Below are positions 1 through 13,400 of a stretch of DNA of 64,000 nucleotides, piece after piece. This DNA is from Mobula hypostoma (lineage: Eukaryota). Each line of letters opens with the position of its first letter. Position 1 is the stretch's first letter. The position numbers were made by a program, and so were the translations under genes. A model generated the notes under the pieces. That model was not told the DNA's origin, did not search any database, and saw only the letters and a list, made by a program, of their open reading frames with translations. Where the stretch lies: the NCBI RefSeq assembly GCF_963921235.1, contig NC_086109.1, positions 12,090,001 to 12,154,000 of the forward strand. Reading direction: 5' to 3'.

Positions 1-302
1 CACTGAGATCAACAATTTCATGTGGAATCCCAATGTCCCATTCTCAATAAATGGTTCTGATGGCCTTGGACTATTAGTGGATGTTAGGTACCTCCAGATA
101 TGGTTTGCCATTTTATTTCTACCCACTAGACATCACTTCTCATTATAAGCTTACCGCAGTTGTTCATTCCTTACTACTATGTTTCTAAGCAATTGACCTT
201 CGGCATCAAGTCAACCATCTTATAATCACTTGTATTTTTATTTATTCATTCATTAGAAACACTTTGTTGCAAGTCAAAGGAATTTTAATTAATATTTGAA
301 TG

Positions 303-569
303 GAGTAAGCCTCTCTGGCCCTTCAACACAGCAACCCCAACAAGTCTGATTAACCTTAACCTAAACATGGGACAATTTACAATGACCAAATAACATACTT
401 GGTGTACCTTTGGACTGTGGGAGGAAACTGGAGTACCCTGGAAAAGTTGATACATTCAATGGAGAGGATGTAGAAACTCCTTACAGAATTTCACGGAATT
501 GAACTCCAAACTTCAAACTGTCCCCAGCAGTAATAGCGTCACGCTGACCTCTATGCTACTGTGGTGCCC
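303..569 (-). mobile_element. tRNA-derived V-SINE (HE1-like), decayed
   Basis: Minus strand starts GGGCACCACAGTAGCATAGAGGTCAGCG, has a B-box-like GAGTTCAATTCC, and contains the V-SINE core TCCAGTTTCCTCCCACAGTCCAAAG...GTAAATTGTCCC. Confidence 0.6.
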
Positions 570-796
570 ATCTCAGAATCATTTCAAAAAAGGAGAACAC
601 TGACTTAATCTATGGCAACTATTTCCAATCAGAGCAGGGAAATTTCTCCAGTGACATGCAGTGAGTGGTAGATTGATAAAAGATACACCTGATTTTTTTT
701 TTAAATAAGAATTACATGGGAGTATGTCTTTACACATACATTGTCGAAATGATTGCATTTAATTGGAGGTTGTACTGAGGAACAGCTTATTGAATA

Positions 797-1192
797 TTGA
801 GGGGGGATCTGATTGAAGCGTATAAGATCCTAAAGGGATTGGACAGGCTAGATGCAGGAAGATTGTTCCCGATGTTGGGGAAGTCCAGAACGAGGGGTCA
901 CAGTTTGAGGATAGAGGGGAAGCCTTTTAGGACCGAGATTAGGAAAAACTTCTTCACACAGAGAGTGGTGAATCTGTGGAATTCTCTGCCACAGGAAACT
1001 GTTGAGGCCAGTTCATTGGCTATATTTAAGAGGGAGTTAGATATGGCCCTTGTGGCTACGGGGGTCAGGGGGTATGGAGGGAAGGCTGGGGCGGGGTTCT
1101 GAGTTGGATGATCAGCCATGATCATAATAAATGGCGGTGCAGGCTCGAAGGGCCGAATGGCCTACTCCTGCACCTATTTTCTATGTTTCTAT
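797..1192 (+). mobile_element. CR1 LINE 3' fragment (RT C-terminus plus 3' tail)
   Basis: ORF 797-1102 reads RGDLIEAYKILKG...KNFFTQRVVNLWNSLP. It is followed by GGCTCGAAGGGCCGAATGGCCTACTCCTGC and a CTATGTTT tail. Confidence 0.9.
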
Positions 1193-1509
1193 GAATATAC
1201 TTTTAAATACAACAGCTAATTCTCCAAAACTGAGTAGTACAGGTGAGACCATCTAAATCTTTCTTCTATCCAGCCTTGTGGTTCTCTGCCATTTCACAGT
1301 TGATGTGAGATTCCATCGCCTGATGTTTCAGGAATAATGGAGTCACCAGGTTACAATGGAAACAACACCATTCATTCATGTGTTGTAAACCAACACATCA
1401 ACACTCTGATCCTGGCTTTTTGTTGACTGCAACCAAATCAAGTTCCTTAAGATTCAGCAGCTAGTTATCATATTCATCATGAAATAATTAAAGGAAAAAT
1501 GAAACCTAC

Positions 1510-1601
1510 CCCTGTTTTTTCTCTTCAGGTAGCAAAGTGGACAAACAACAAGCAGTATGAGTAGAATCCCAATGACACTGAGCACAGTTGTGTAAGTATG
1601 T
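1510..1601 (-). CDS. Transmembrane exon of Ig-superfamily receptor (HTYTTVLSVIGILLILLVVCPLCYLKRKNR)
   Basis: Acceptor cctattctttaccacag| and donor |gtaggt. The 92-nt exon runs phase 2 to phase 1. It encodes ~20 hydrophobic residues followed by the basic stop-transfer KRKNR, and its entry phase matches the stalk exon. Confidence 0.85.
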
Positions 1602-2325
1602 CTGTGGTAAAGAATAGGATAGGGTCAGTCCTGGTTCACCATATATTCTTAGCCATTTGAAAAGTCTGACATTTACACAGCATTTTTCATGAGCTCAGGA
1701 TGTCTGCAGCTCAGAAAATGAACATTAGACACTGTTGACAATATGGGAAATTGCAACAGCCTATCCGTTCACTCCAAAGTCTCACAAGCAGAAATGTGAT
1801 CATGACCAATGATAGTGATGTTGGTTAAACAGTAACTATTGTCCAGACCATATGGGAATCCTACCATGTTTTTTCACAAACATGTCACTTGAACTGTTGC
1901 ATTAAAGGATTGATTGGTGGTTTCTTCTCTGACAGACAGCATTGCTGACCATGTAGCCGAACCTCTTCTTTGAACGTTTTCCATGGTTTTCTTTATTTTG
2001 TGGCTGTCTGGGCTCTTGGCAAGTCAGGCTGAAGAGCCTGCTGTTCTAATATATAACAATAACTTTATGACTCAGAACATGAGCTTCAACTGCTATGCTT
2101 AAATTATTAAATATTTAGGGTAAGAAAATTATCTTTTTTCTCAGGCTTGATGCATGTACAAGAAAACCAGGAATAATACTCAGTTCCCAATACATGATTT
2201 CATTGCAGTTAATCATGTCAAATGTGCTTAACGCCAGTTAAAGAGAAACAAATTTCTATCCTGACTGGTACTATTCGGAAGCAATAGCAGTGAATCTCCC
2301 TGTTAGAGAGACACTTATACTTTAC

Positions 2326-2404
2326 ATTTTCTCTGATGTAGATTCATCCCCTTGTGTAGTTGTCGTAGATTCTGTCACAGTATTTTCACAGAAATGAATT
2401 GGCC
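2326..2404 (-). CDS. Stalk exon ((G)PIHFCENTVTESTTTTQGDESTSEK)
   Basis: Acceptor ttttattttcttttaacag| and donor |gtaaag. The 79-nt exon runs phase 1 to phase 2 and is Thr/Ser-rich. It joins the C2 exon at 7182 to the TM exon in frame. Confidence 0.8.
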
Positions 2405-3389
2405 CTGTTAAAAGAAAATAAAATCCAATTTTATCTGCTTTGTACTCTTAAAAACAAGAGAGCACAATTGTTAGACCAATAGGTACTTGATCATGGTGGA
2501 TGAATGCTTGCAAACAGTGGTGGGAATTGGACCCCAATCACCGATTGCTGGCAGAGTAATAATGTTACGCTAATTGTGTGCCCAACTACGTTCACATTTG
2601 GATTCTTTCCCATATTCAGGCACCGGCGGTGTGAAGGTACTGCTGGGGAAGTGAAAGGACTTGGACTGAGGGAACTGTAATCCTATATAAGCATGTGTAA
2701 TCATAAGGGAAAGGTCCACCATCAAGCATGACTTTCAAAAGAAATTTGTGAATCTGTTAAATCCAAGGAAATGTGTCATGTTCAGTAAAAGCAGCAAAGC
2801 TGAGTATTAGAAGTAATTTAGAATTCTAAACAAAACAATCGATTAAAACATTGAAAATATAGAACATGAGCAATTTTGCAGGGAATATATACAGTAGGTA
2901 ATGCCCTGGTTCATATTTTTTACTGTTATCTGTATGTATTTCATTTTCTGCTGTTCTGTGGGAGCTGCTTGTTTTCAGCTTATGTTTAGGTTATTGTTGA
3001 AGATAAGAGATGAGGAGAAATGTAAGCCATCCAATTAGGACGGTCCAGTTGAAAGGGAGGTTTCTCTGGTGAGGGACTCTAAGGTTGGGCTTGGGGCTTG
3101 TTTTGTTTGAGAGGAGATGAAGAGAGAAGACGCTGGGGAGAACCGGTCACAGCATACGATCCAGTGGGAGACTGCTTGGATGGATAGCAAGCAACATTTG
3201 GAAGGTGTTGTGTGCTTTCACGTTGACCGAGGGGCCAGCGTGTGAGTGACAGTGAAGTGCAAGATGAGCTCTAACTTGTGCACATTTGACTGTTTAATTA
3301 GAATGGGCCCTTTTCTTTTCATTACTCTTTACTAACCCTTTCGTTAAGATTCATAAATATAATTCCTTTAATTGTATGCAGTGTACTGT

Positions 3390-3960
3390 CTGGAGGCAGC
3401 TTATGTGGAAGTGCTCCAAGGACTTGATGTGACGGCTGTAGGTTACCCAAGCTTCACAGCTATAAAGGAGGGCGGTGACACAGACCGCTTGGTATATGGT
3501 GACCTACGTGGAGGGATGAAGGCTCCTGTTCTGAAAGACTCTAGGACAAAGTCTCCCAAAGGCAACTGATGCCTGTTTATTGCGGCTCTGGATGTCGTTG
3601 TCAATGCCGCTATTCTCAGAGAGAATGCTCCCCAGATATTTGAAAGATGGCACTACTGACAGCTTTTCATCACCAACAGTGAAGAAAGGTAGAGTGGGTG
3701 GGACACTGGTACTCCATTGGCAAACCACTTTTGTCTTGGTGGTATTGACAGTCAGCCCCATCCTGCTGTACGCTCTCACCGCCACAGCAAGGACAGTCTG
3801 AAGATCACAGAGCACAGTCGTCTACATACTGCAGCTCCAGGACCCGCTCTCTATGGAGTTTGGTGGTTGCACGAAGCCTCCTGATGTCAAAGAGGTTGCC
3901 ATCTAATCTGACGTCCACTGCCACACCGCTGCTGTCTTCAATCTCGTTGTGGAGAAGCTT
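3390..3960 (-). mobile_element. RTE-clade LINE fragment
   Basis: ORF 3504-3815 reads MGLTVNTTKTKVVCQ...VPSFKYLGSILSENSGIDNDIQSR...ASVAFGRL, typical of the RTE RT C-terminal region. Confidence 0.8.
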
Positions 3961-4779
3961 AACACAGCAGGAAGATTTTAAAGAGCACTGGCACTAGTAC
4001 ACACCCCTGCCTCACCCCTGTGCATACAAGAAAGGGCTCAGACTCTTGTCCTCCTGTGGTCACCCGAGCAGTCATCCCATTGTGGAACTGTGTGTGGGTG
4101 GGAGTATTTGCTCACAGGGTGCGTGTGAAGCGTCTAGTGCAGTAGTGTAGTAGTGCTTGTAGTTAGTGCATGGTGCATGCTGTATGCTGCACAGTGCTCT
4201 CTGCTTGCTACTCCCTGCTTACAGCTATTGCCGCTGGCTAGCCTTCTTAATAGAGGGTGAAAAGAGGAGCCGAGTGTGTAAGCCTCCTCCTGCCAGTACA
4301 GAGCCTCTCCACCGCCAAGACTCTTGCAGTGCCTCCTCGGGGCCACACACGGAAACTGGGTCTTTTACGCTCCCAGGCTAAATTACAGGGGATCTCGGAT
4401 CAGCAGTGGGTCCCAGAGACGTGGCGTGCAGACCCACCACTGTGTGGACACGCCCTGGAGCCCGTCAACCACTGTCCCAGCTATGGGCAAATAGCCCCAC
4501 TGCCTTGTGGTAAGTCTGTTGAGACAAGGCTAAGGGAGCACTCCCTGACAGAAAAGCAACGCGCTGGCAGCACACAATAGACGGGCCTTAACAAACAAAG
4601 GACCCGGCAGCCTCCTGCAGCCAAGATGTGGGACCGGTTGTCCTGGGATCACCCTTGCCACTGGGATTTACCTCATCATGGTGAAGACAGTGCTACTGGG
4701 GATGGCGCACCCCCTGTGGCACTTTAAAGTCTTCCTTGCACAGGTCTCCACCTCTGACCACGGTGAACAAAACCTTGAC

Positions 4780-5330
4780 CTTTTTTTCCGGAGGAATTTA
4801 CAATGGGCACAAAAAACACAAGACCAATTCGATACATTGATTTTTTTTTCTTTTGTCTTTCTTCACCACATTTCCTTGTACCAATGTCAGGCCAATTGCT
4901 CTATAATTTCCACCTTCCTCTCTACCTCCTTTTTAAAATAGAATGGTCAGCTTCTCTCTAATCCATTGGAACTAAAAATGGCCAGCAGTGCATCTATTAT
5001 TTCTCATGCCAATTCTTCATGTTCTCTGGGACATAGAGTATCGCAACCTGGAGATTTATTGGTTTTCAATCACACCAGTTTTCCCATCCCCATTCCGATA
5101 TTATTGGTGAATACCGATTTTCTACCTTTCAATAAACCCTCTGATCTCTAGTATTTCTGGGAGAGTAATTGTTTCCCATATCTCTGCATCTCTCTACCAT
5201 TGAGAAAAGTAACTAAATCTTTCTTGAATACAGGTTCACCACTTTCTGAGAGAAGAAGACTTCCCTAATCCCAGTCTTAAATGGCTCTGATCTAATGTCA
5301 CTTGTGACATTCCAGAAACCAGTCTGCTGA
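4780..5330 (-). mobile_element. Highly decayed CR1 ORF2 fragment
   Basis: Broken minus-strand translation gives KTNKSPG.D...E.AEIIDALLAIF, a CR1 pre-RT segment. Confidence 0.5.
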
Positions 5331-6459
5331 TCCTTTGCTCGCCTCCTTCCATAACAAGAACATCTTTCATCGGATCAAATCTGCTGACAATGCTGGAGTC
5401 CCGAGAGCAAGGAACAAGTCGAAGTCAGGCGGATTTAAGCTTTGGGCCAGAATGGAAATGTCGCATACAAGCTGAATCGGGGCAGCGGGTCCCACCCACA
5501 AGAGCGTTTCGAAACGACAGGGCGTGGGTCCGCGAGTGAGGAACAACTTGTTGTTTGGCTGATTGAAGCACTGGGTCAGATTGGAAAGGTGAGGGCTGGA
5601 GGAAAGGGACAGGCAGATGTAAGGCTAACTGCTCTGCAAGGTTTACTCATCTCTGTGCTGAACTGAGGCTGTGACCTGCAACTAACGGGTCCTAGATCAG
5701 CTGTGACTGGCTTCATGGCTGTGGACTCACTTGCATGAACTTCAGTCCTGAATGTTAATTGCTAATTATCATTATTTGATTGATCTGCTTTTTTTCTGCA
5801 CATTGCGTGTTTGACAGTCTTTTTTTAATGGGTTCAATTGGGTTTCATTTTTTGTGGCTGCCTGTAAGGAGACAAATTTCAAGGCTGTATACTTTGATAA
5901 TAAATATACTTTGAACTATTTCCAACTGATAAAGTCCCTGTAACATTACAGTGTTTCATGCTGGTTCCTTTTCTCAAATCTCCTCTCTGCAAGTCCGCAT
6001 ACAATTTGCATTCTTTATGCCCTGTTTTTGCCCAAGAATTTCTAATTTGCTGAATATGGGAAATAGTAAGACCCAATTCAACTGATCCAAGCCCCCAGTG
6101 GTTTAGTGGTTGAGTGGTCCCAATTTAATCCTACCCTCTCCAATAATGTTTCTGTCCTTGAAAATACTCATTACAGGATTCATTTCAGCTCCATCTTTCT
6201 ACACTTTTGCTTGGAGACTCAGTGAATGAGGATACACAGGTTTTAGAGGTCACATCTCACAATTCCATCCACTAGAAAAAGATATGTTGGTTTTCAGCAC
6301 ACAGACTTTCACAATCCATGTGATTTCTACATATTTTATAAAGATACAACTGCTTTGATTTTATGATTCAGCCCATTTTCTATAAGGTACAGAACAGATA
6401 ATTGTTTATAAATTCAGGCAGAGCAAATATGGATAAATTCTCCAAGGAGCTCTGCCACG

Positions 6460-6890
6460 AGAAAGCAGCATCCATCATCAAGGACTGCTACCATCCAGGC
6501 CATGCTCTCCTCAAGCTGCTGCCATTGGGAAGGAGGTGTCACACCAGCAGGGTCAGAAACAGTTATTACCCTTCAACCATCCGGCTCCTGAACCAGCGTC
6601 GATACCTTCACTCACTTCAACACTGAACTGATTCTGCAACCAGTGGACTCACTTTCAAGAACTCTATAACTTACGTTCTCAATATTTTTTTTTACTTTTT
6701 AATAATTTGTTTCTTTTATATTTGCACAGTTTCTCTTCTTTTCGACATTGGTTGTTTATACATTTGATTGTGTGTGGTTTTTCATTGATTTTGTTTTATT
6801 TATTTGTATCTACTCTGAATGTCTGCAAGAAAATGGATCTCAGGATAGTATATAATGACAAATATGTACTTCGACAATACATTTACTTTA
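6460..6890 (+). mobile_element. Rex1/L2-type LINE 3' fragment
   Basis: EKAASIIKDCYHPGHALLKLLPLGRR...RVRNSYYPSTIRLLN, followed by an AT-rich 3' UTR. Confidence 0.7.
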
Positions 6891-7181
6891 AACTTTGCAG
6901 TAGATTATCTCAGAAGTACTATTATAATTAATGGTAGAAATATTACCAGTTGAGACACATTTACACCCAGTATGTGAGAGCAAATCAGAGACAGGAGACA
7001 CTGTGGTGGGTGACTCATGTTTGAACGGCTGTGCTGAAAGGCTTTTCATTCTTTGAAAGGTGGTGACAACAGACACTCCATGCTCCTGAGTGAAGTTCCA
7101 GCAACACAATATCCAGCACACATCAGTCAATCAGTTGGACTCCATCGGCTATCAGAAAGAATCAAACCCTGCACCACTTAC

Positions 7182-7499
7182 CCATGCTGTTGACTTCAAT
7201 CACATTTCTGCAGGTGCTGACACTGTTGGAGATGGACACATTGACCCCTTCACTGGACTTTTCTCCTTTAGTATTTGAGGCTTTACAATAATACAGATGA
7301 TTTTTGTATTTTATGGATTGACAATGGAGATCCAGTTTATTGGTATCAGAGATCTTTGAAACCACAGATGGGATCTTTTCATACCATGAGTACTGAATGG
7401 GAAGGGATCCATGGACAGACTCACAGGACACTGACACGGAGTCCACACAACTTGAGTCATTTGTTGGTGAAAATCGAAGCAAAGGAACAGACACAGGTT
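7182..7499 (-). CDS. Ig C2-type domain exon, membrane-proximal (C2-1)
   Basis: Acceptor ttcttttccacag| and donor |gtaagt; 318 nt, phase 1-1, open. Translation PVSVPLL...VSVSCESVHGSLPIQYSWYEK...YYCKASNTKGEKSS shows the canonical Cys/Trp/Cys of FcRL/PECAM-like C2 domains. Confidence 0.92.
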
Positions 7500-7999
7500 C
7501 TGTGGAAAAGAATCAGTGAACATCTGAAAATCAAACACACTGAAGATTTCAGCAGTTCTGTATCTCAACCAGGACCAACCAGTTTGGAATCTCGGCAGCT
7601 CATCTACCTCTCTGTGTCCCTGCGTCCCCCCCATCCGCCTGAACTGCCATGTCTGACATTATCACAGGACTCCAGATCAGGACAGCAGTGACGGCACTGA
7701 GTATGTGTCAGTGTGAAAATCAGAGTTACAATCTCTCTCAGCAGCAAGGAGGCAGTGTTCAGTGGCACCTAACAGGTTGACTTTGGAATGGTAGCATTTG
7801 TATGTGTCCTGGAAAACTTCCCCCATCATGTGAAAGCAGGAAGTTGTCAGATATGTACAAGATGAATGGTGACATTTGGGACAGAGTATAATTGTGATTG
7901 GTTTCAGTGACCTACAGCAGCAAGGGAACCCGTGAGTATTAGTATCGATATGAAGCCAAAAAGGAATCATATGTGACTGGAGAACTAGAAGGACCATAG

Positions 8000-8880
8000 G
8001 CCATAAGACCATACGATATAGGAGCAGAATTAGGCCATTCTGTCCATTGAGTCTGCTCCACCATTCAATCATGGCTGATTTATCATCCTTCTTCATCTAT
8101 TCTCATACGTTCTCTTTGTAACTTTTGATGCCCTTAAGAATCACCCTCTGCTTTAAATATACCCAATGATTTGGTCTCCACAGATACTTGTGGCAATGCA
8201 TTCCACAGATTCACTAGCTTTTGGCTAAATAAATCCCCCTCTCATCTCTCTTTTCAAGGACATACTTTTATTCTATTACTGTGCCCTCTTTAGTCCCAGA
8301 TGCTCGCACTGTAGGAAACCTCCTCTCCACATCCACTGGGCTTTTCAATGCTCGATAGCTTTCCATGAGATCCTCCCTCATTCTTCTAAACACCAAAGAG
8401 TACAGGCCCAGTGCCTTCAGATACTCCTGATACATGAGGGAAGATTGACTTCACCTGGAATTTAATTTCCAGTTTCGTTACACATTCCAAAGACCTACCA
8501 GTTGGTACGTTAATTTATCATTGTAAATTGTCTCATGATTAGGCTAGGGCTAAATCTGGGCATTGCTGGGCGGCAATGCTTGAAGGGCATAATCTACGCT
8601 ATATCTCAATCAATCAATCAATCAATCAATACATAGTTACCTGGATTGGAGTGTATTAGCCATGGACAGAGCTGGAAAAACTTGATTTGTTTTCACTCGA
8701 GCGTAGGAGGCTGACGGGAGACCTGATAGAAGTTTGTAAATTTATAGAAGTCAGAGATAGGGAAGATAGTCAGAATCTCTTTTTCCCAGGGTTGAAATAT
8801 CAAATAATAGTGAGCATAGTCTTAAGATGATCAGGGGAAATTTTAAAGGACATTTGTGACACAAGTTTTTTTTTATACTG
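8000..8880. mobile_element. Cluster: CR1 3' tail (minus), V-SINE fragment with (TCAA)n tail, CR1 fragment (plus)
   Basis: ATAAGACCATA..GGAGCAGAATTAGGCCATTC is a reversed CR1 tail. ACATTCCAAAGAC..GTAAATTGTC is SINE core, with (tcaa)n at 8604-8629. GGAGGCTGACGGGAGACCTGATAGAAG is CR1. A paralogous copy lies at 22130-22387 and 30262-30780. Confidence 0.6.
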
Positions 8881-9509
8881 AGGGTGGTGACTGCAGGGAT
8901 TGTGTCCCATGTTCTCTCTAATTCCATTGCTCTATTTCTCACCAGGAATGGGCTGGGTGTAGAGGCTGGCTGCTGGGAAGTAGATGGTCAATGGGTTCTG
9001 GGGAGTGGATTCCTGGAGCACATTGACAGAGACAAAGAGAGTCAGCATGTGGTAGAGAGGGAAGTGACTGATCCATGAAGCAGGGATGGATAGTGGGAAA
9101 GCCTGCTGTGGGAGAACTGAATGAAATCTGTTTAGCTCTGGAACTGATTCCCTTTTTATGAATTTCAAGGTATTTACACCATGAGAAACACTTGTTTCTC
9201 ATCGACCTGTTAATATCAGGTTATTAAGTTTGGTCTGAATTCAAACCTCTGACAGGGTGACATTTCATACAGTTCAGAGGCAGGAAAATGTGATGAGCCT
9301 CTCACCGGAAATCGGTGTCCTGTCAGTGGGTCAGACTCTGCACTCAATGAGAGCATCATGAGAGGGGTTTCCTCGTTCCTTGACCAGAACCCACAGGACT
9401 CTGCACCACTGTGGAGCCTCAGGATATCCGTGCTGCCCGAACTCCGACCAGGGAAAGCAGGAATCAGACATTTCAGTGGAGACATCAAATCTATATACGA
9501 GAAACCTAC

Positions 9510-9830
9510 CGTCAGAAACTACTACATAAATGTCAAAGGCTGGATGATTGCCAGATGTTGTAATTCCGCATCTGTAAAGTCCTGTATCTCGAGAGACAAG
9601 ATTCTCCATAGTAACAGTAAATATTCCCAGGGATGTGTTATCTCTGATTGTCGTTCTTCCATACTGCTCACTTTGTCCACTTGTATTCACTAACGATGTG
9701 CATTGGCGATCCCACATGCGGCACAAATACTTTGTGTGTGAACGGTACATTGGGGCATAGTGACAATCGATTGTGATCACTCTTCCCACAACTCCTCTTA
9801 CTTTATCTTCTGCCCATAAAGCACCTGAAA
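9510..9830 (-). CDS. Ig V-set domain exon, CD300/pIgR/TREM-like (V1)
   Basis: Tandem acceptors ctccctcag|TTTCAG|GT (9830 or 9824) and donor |gtaggt; phase 1-1, open. Translation SGALWAEDKVRGVVGRVITIDCHY...KYLCRMWDRQC...FTVTMENLVSRDTGLYRCG has the extra C-C' disulfide pair typical of CD300/pIgR. Confidence 0.92.
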
Positions 9831-10318
9831 CTGAGGGAGACGTTCTTCAGAAAATGGACAGGTAAAATCAAATTTACACAAGCAGATTCAAGTTTCAAGA
9901 TTGTGTCATGTCAGTTCCTGTACACAAGTGTAAAGGAGAACAAAATCATTGTTACTTTCGATCTGATGGAGAACAAAAAAACACAATATGAAGAATAGAT
10001 TAAAATTCAAGATGTTTCATTTAAAGCTGTCACTGTGTTCTAAGGAATCTGCCACACTGTCAGTTGGTGTAATTGAATTCCACACTGACTGAGAAGACAA
10101 CAGCATCGTCCCTCATCTCATGCTCCCAGCTTTTCACAAGTAATGATTTTTATTTGATTGGAGTCATCATTGTCACTGCCCACTACTGTCTGGGTGTGTT
10201 TCCATATTTCTGAGTCAATAGATTACTGATCCAGTCCCAATCCAGGCAGGTAAGCACAAGATCAGTGGTGGGTAACTTACTGGAGGTGATTGTGTGAGAC
10301 AGGATCTACCTGAATTTG

Positions 10319-10433
10319 AAAAGGCAAGATCTGATTTGAGATCGTCAACATGAATTTGTGCATAGGAAATCTTCTCTCTAAAAATACAACTGAGTTTTTT
10401 GATGATGGAAGCAGTCAGATTGTGATAGTGAGG
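10319..10433 (+). repeat. Left copy of 115-bp target-site duplication of the L1
   Basis: Matches 14706-14820 with 8 mismatches. The sequence is single-copy at the paralogous empty site 32329-32441. Confidence 0.85.
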
Positions 10434-13400
10434 TTTATTTCTTGGAATGTAAAGGGGCTGAATGGTCCGGTTAAAAGAGCAATAGTTTTCTCTCATCTGA
10501 AACAATTGAAAGCAGATATACTATTTCTACAAGAGACACATTTAAGAGTCGAGGACCATAATAGACTTCGTAAAGCATGGATTAATCAGGTTTTTCATTC
10601 CAGATTTAATAGTAGGTCCAGGGGGGTGGCAATATTAATCACCAAAAGAATGCAGTTCACACCATCTGATGTAATCAGTGACCCTAATGGTCACTTTTAT
10701 TATAGTCTCTGGCTCTCTGTTTCAGATACCTGTTATTTTGGTAAATGTTTATGCTCCTTATTGGGACGATGTCCAATTTGCAAATAAGGTTTTGTCATCA
10801 ATACCTAACCTGAATACACATAAGCTAATCTTTTCCAGAGATTTTAACTGTGCTATTGACCCACTGCTTGATAGGTCTTGCCCTAGGGGAACATTTTCTG
10901 GTATGGCAAATGCCTTCTCGATGTTTATGCAACAAAATGGTTATATGGATCCTTGGAGATTTTTGAATCCACCAGTTAGGCAATTCTCTTTCTTTTCTCA
11001 TGTTCACCATTCCTATTCCAGGCTAGACTATTTCTTTACAGATAACTCCTTTATACCAATGATTAGACAAATTGAATACACTGCTGTACTTATATCTGAT
11101 CACTCACCCATGAAACTGGACCTATGTTTTCCATTAAATGTTAGAAAATGGCCTCTGTGGAGACTTAACCCTCCTTTGCTTTCTAATGAGAAATTTTGTA
11201 GTTATACATCGGCTAACATTGACACATTCTTCGAGACTAACAAAACTGAGTCGGTATCATACTCTTTACTTTGGGAAACTTTAAAAGCTTACTTGAGAGG
11301 TCAAATAATATCTTATACTTCACATGCCAATAAAGAGTGTAGGAAGGAAATGCAATTGTTATTGCAATCTATTTTGGACCTGGATAGAAAATCCTCTGAG
11401 GCACCCACTGCGGAATTATATAAAAGCCGGGTTGATTTGCAAGCGAAGTTTAATCTTCTATCCACAAACCTATCAGAACAATTAATTCTTAAGACACGTG
11501 GCCTTGATTATGAATATGGTGACAAGGCGAGCCGGTTTATGGCTCATCAGTTGAAATGTCAAGCTGCGTCACGACTTATTCCCCAGATAAGAGACACGCA
11601 CCAAAACTTGACAAGCAATCCAAAAGAGCTTAATAACATCTTTGCAACTTTTTATTCCTCTCTGTATGCCTCAGAGTTCCCCTCAGATAAAACAAATATG
11701 GAACGTCTTTTAGATAATTTGGAAATACCAACTCTTGAACCAGAGGAGGTGGAGAACCTAGATCGGGCTCTTGGGCAGGAAGAGATTAATAATGCCATTA
11801 TGGCTATGCAGAGTGGTAAGTCCCCAGGTCCTGATGGTTATCCAATAAAATTTTATAAGAAATTTAAGGATAAGCTCATACCGGTCCTTCTAGAAGTGTT
11901 TCAGGAATCTTTGGAGAACGGCTCCTTACCCCCTGCTCTTTCACAGGCAGCTATTTAACTACTTCTTAAAAAGGACAAGGACCCGATTCAATGTGGATCA
12001 TATCGCCCCATCTCACTTTTGAATGTAGATGTGAAAATTTTGGCTAAAGTGCTTGCATGCCATTTAGAACGTCCCCTTCCCAAGATAATTTCAGACGATC
12101 AAACAGGTCTTACTAAAAATCACTATTCTTTTTTTAATATCCGTCGACTGGCTGATGTGGTTTATTCACCCAGTGATTTTCCAAGTCCAGAGGTTGTTAT
12201 CTCCTTGGACGCGGAGAAGGCGTTTGATAGATTGAAGTGGGTATACTTGTTTAATGTTTTGGAGAAATTTGGATATGGTAGCATATTTATAGCTTGGGTT
12301 AAGCTATTATACCATTCGCCTTTAGCATGTATACAGAGAAATTATTTTTGATCTGACTACTTCCCATTAACACGTGGCACTCGCCAAGGCTGCCCACTGT
12401 CCCCTCTTCTTTTTGCAATTGCAATTGAGCTTCTTTCTATTGCACTTAAGTCAACTACATTATTTCAAGGTGTTAGAAAAGGGGACATGGAACACCCTGT
12501 ATCCCTATATGCTGATGACCTCTTACTTTATGTTAGCGACCCTGTAGGTGGTAGTCCTGCTATTGTGTTATTATTAGGTCAATTTGGAGCTTTCTCTGAC
12601 TATAAACTGAACTTTCAAAAAAGCAAATGCTTTCCCATTAATAACTTGGCCCTACAGATCCGACAGGAATCTTTGCCTTTTCCTTTATCTCAAGATGGTT
12701 TTGTATACCTAGGAATACATATTACTTTCTCTTTTACATCTCTGACTGAAGCTAACTAGTGAAGTTTAAGAGACTGCTAGACAGGTATATGGAGGAATTT
12801 AAGGTGGGGGCTTATATGGGAGGCAGGGTTTGAGGGTCGGCACAACATTGTGGGCTGAAGGGCCTGTACTGTGCTGTACTATGTTCTAACTACAGGCCTC
12901 AGGTTAGCCGAATGAAGGCTGATTTCGAGAGATGGCACAGTTTACCCCCGAAAGATGGCACAGTTTACCCCTTACTATAGCTGGGAGAATTCAGTCAGTG
13001 AAAATGACTATACTTCCTAGATTTCTTTATTTGTTTCAGTGTTTGCCAGTTTTCTTACCCAAGTTATTTTTTAAATCAGTCGACCAAGCTATAACCTCCT
13101 TTATTTGGGAAAATAAGGTCCCAAGGGTTAATAAGCACACTCTCCAAAGAGGTCATGACGTAGATGGAATGGGTCTTCCCAGCTTTATTCATTATTACTG
13201 GGCATCGAACATTCAAAAAGTATTATTTTGGCTTCACCGGCCGGATATAATCTGGTGCCTGCTTGAGTCACGGTCTTGCCACTCCTCGTCTCTCCCAGCT
13301 TTGGTGTATTCTTCCTTACCATTGAAATCCTCTCAATTCACATCTAACCCGGTCGTGCTCTCCACCCTCAAAATTTTTAATCAATTTCGCTGCCACTATA

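Noticed and set aside
1529-1591. Apparent plus-strand exon (ttcag|...|gtaagt)
   Set aside because: It has stops in all three frames and is the antisense of the well-supported TM exon.
2895-3370. Possible solo LTR fragment
   Set aside because: I could not establish TG..CA termini, a TSD or a second copy.
6888-7130. Ser/Thr-rich ORF considered as an extra stalk exon
   Set aside because: The open frame is not the one reached from the phase-1 C2 donor; the phase-1 reading hits a stop.
7500-7530. Upstream TTTTCAG acceptor before each C2 exon
   Set aside because: Its use gives an in-frame stop (C2-1) or a 40-nt frameshifting extension (C2-2, C2-3).
10215-10505. Minus-strand ORF with donor-like sites upstream of V1, considered as a leader
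   Set aside because: It overlaps a decayed CR1 fragment, the TSD and the L1 start. There is no Met-initiated hydrophobic stretch ending in a phase-1 donor.
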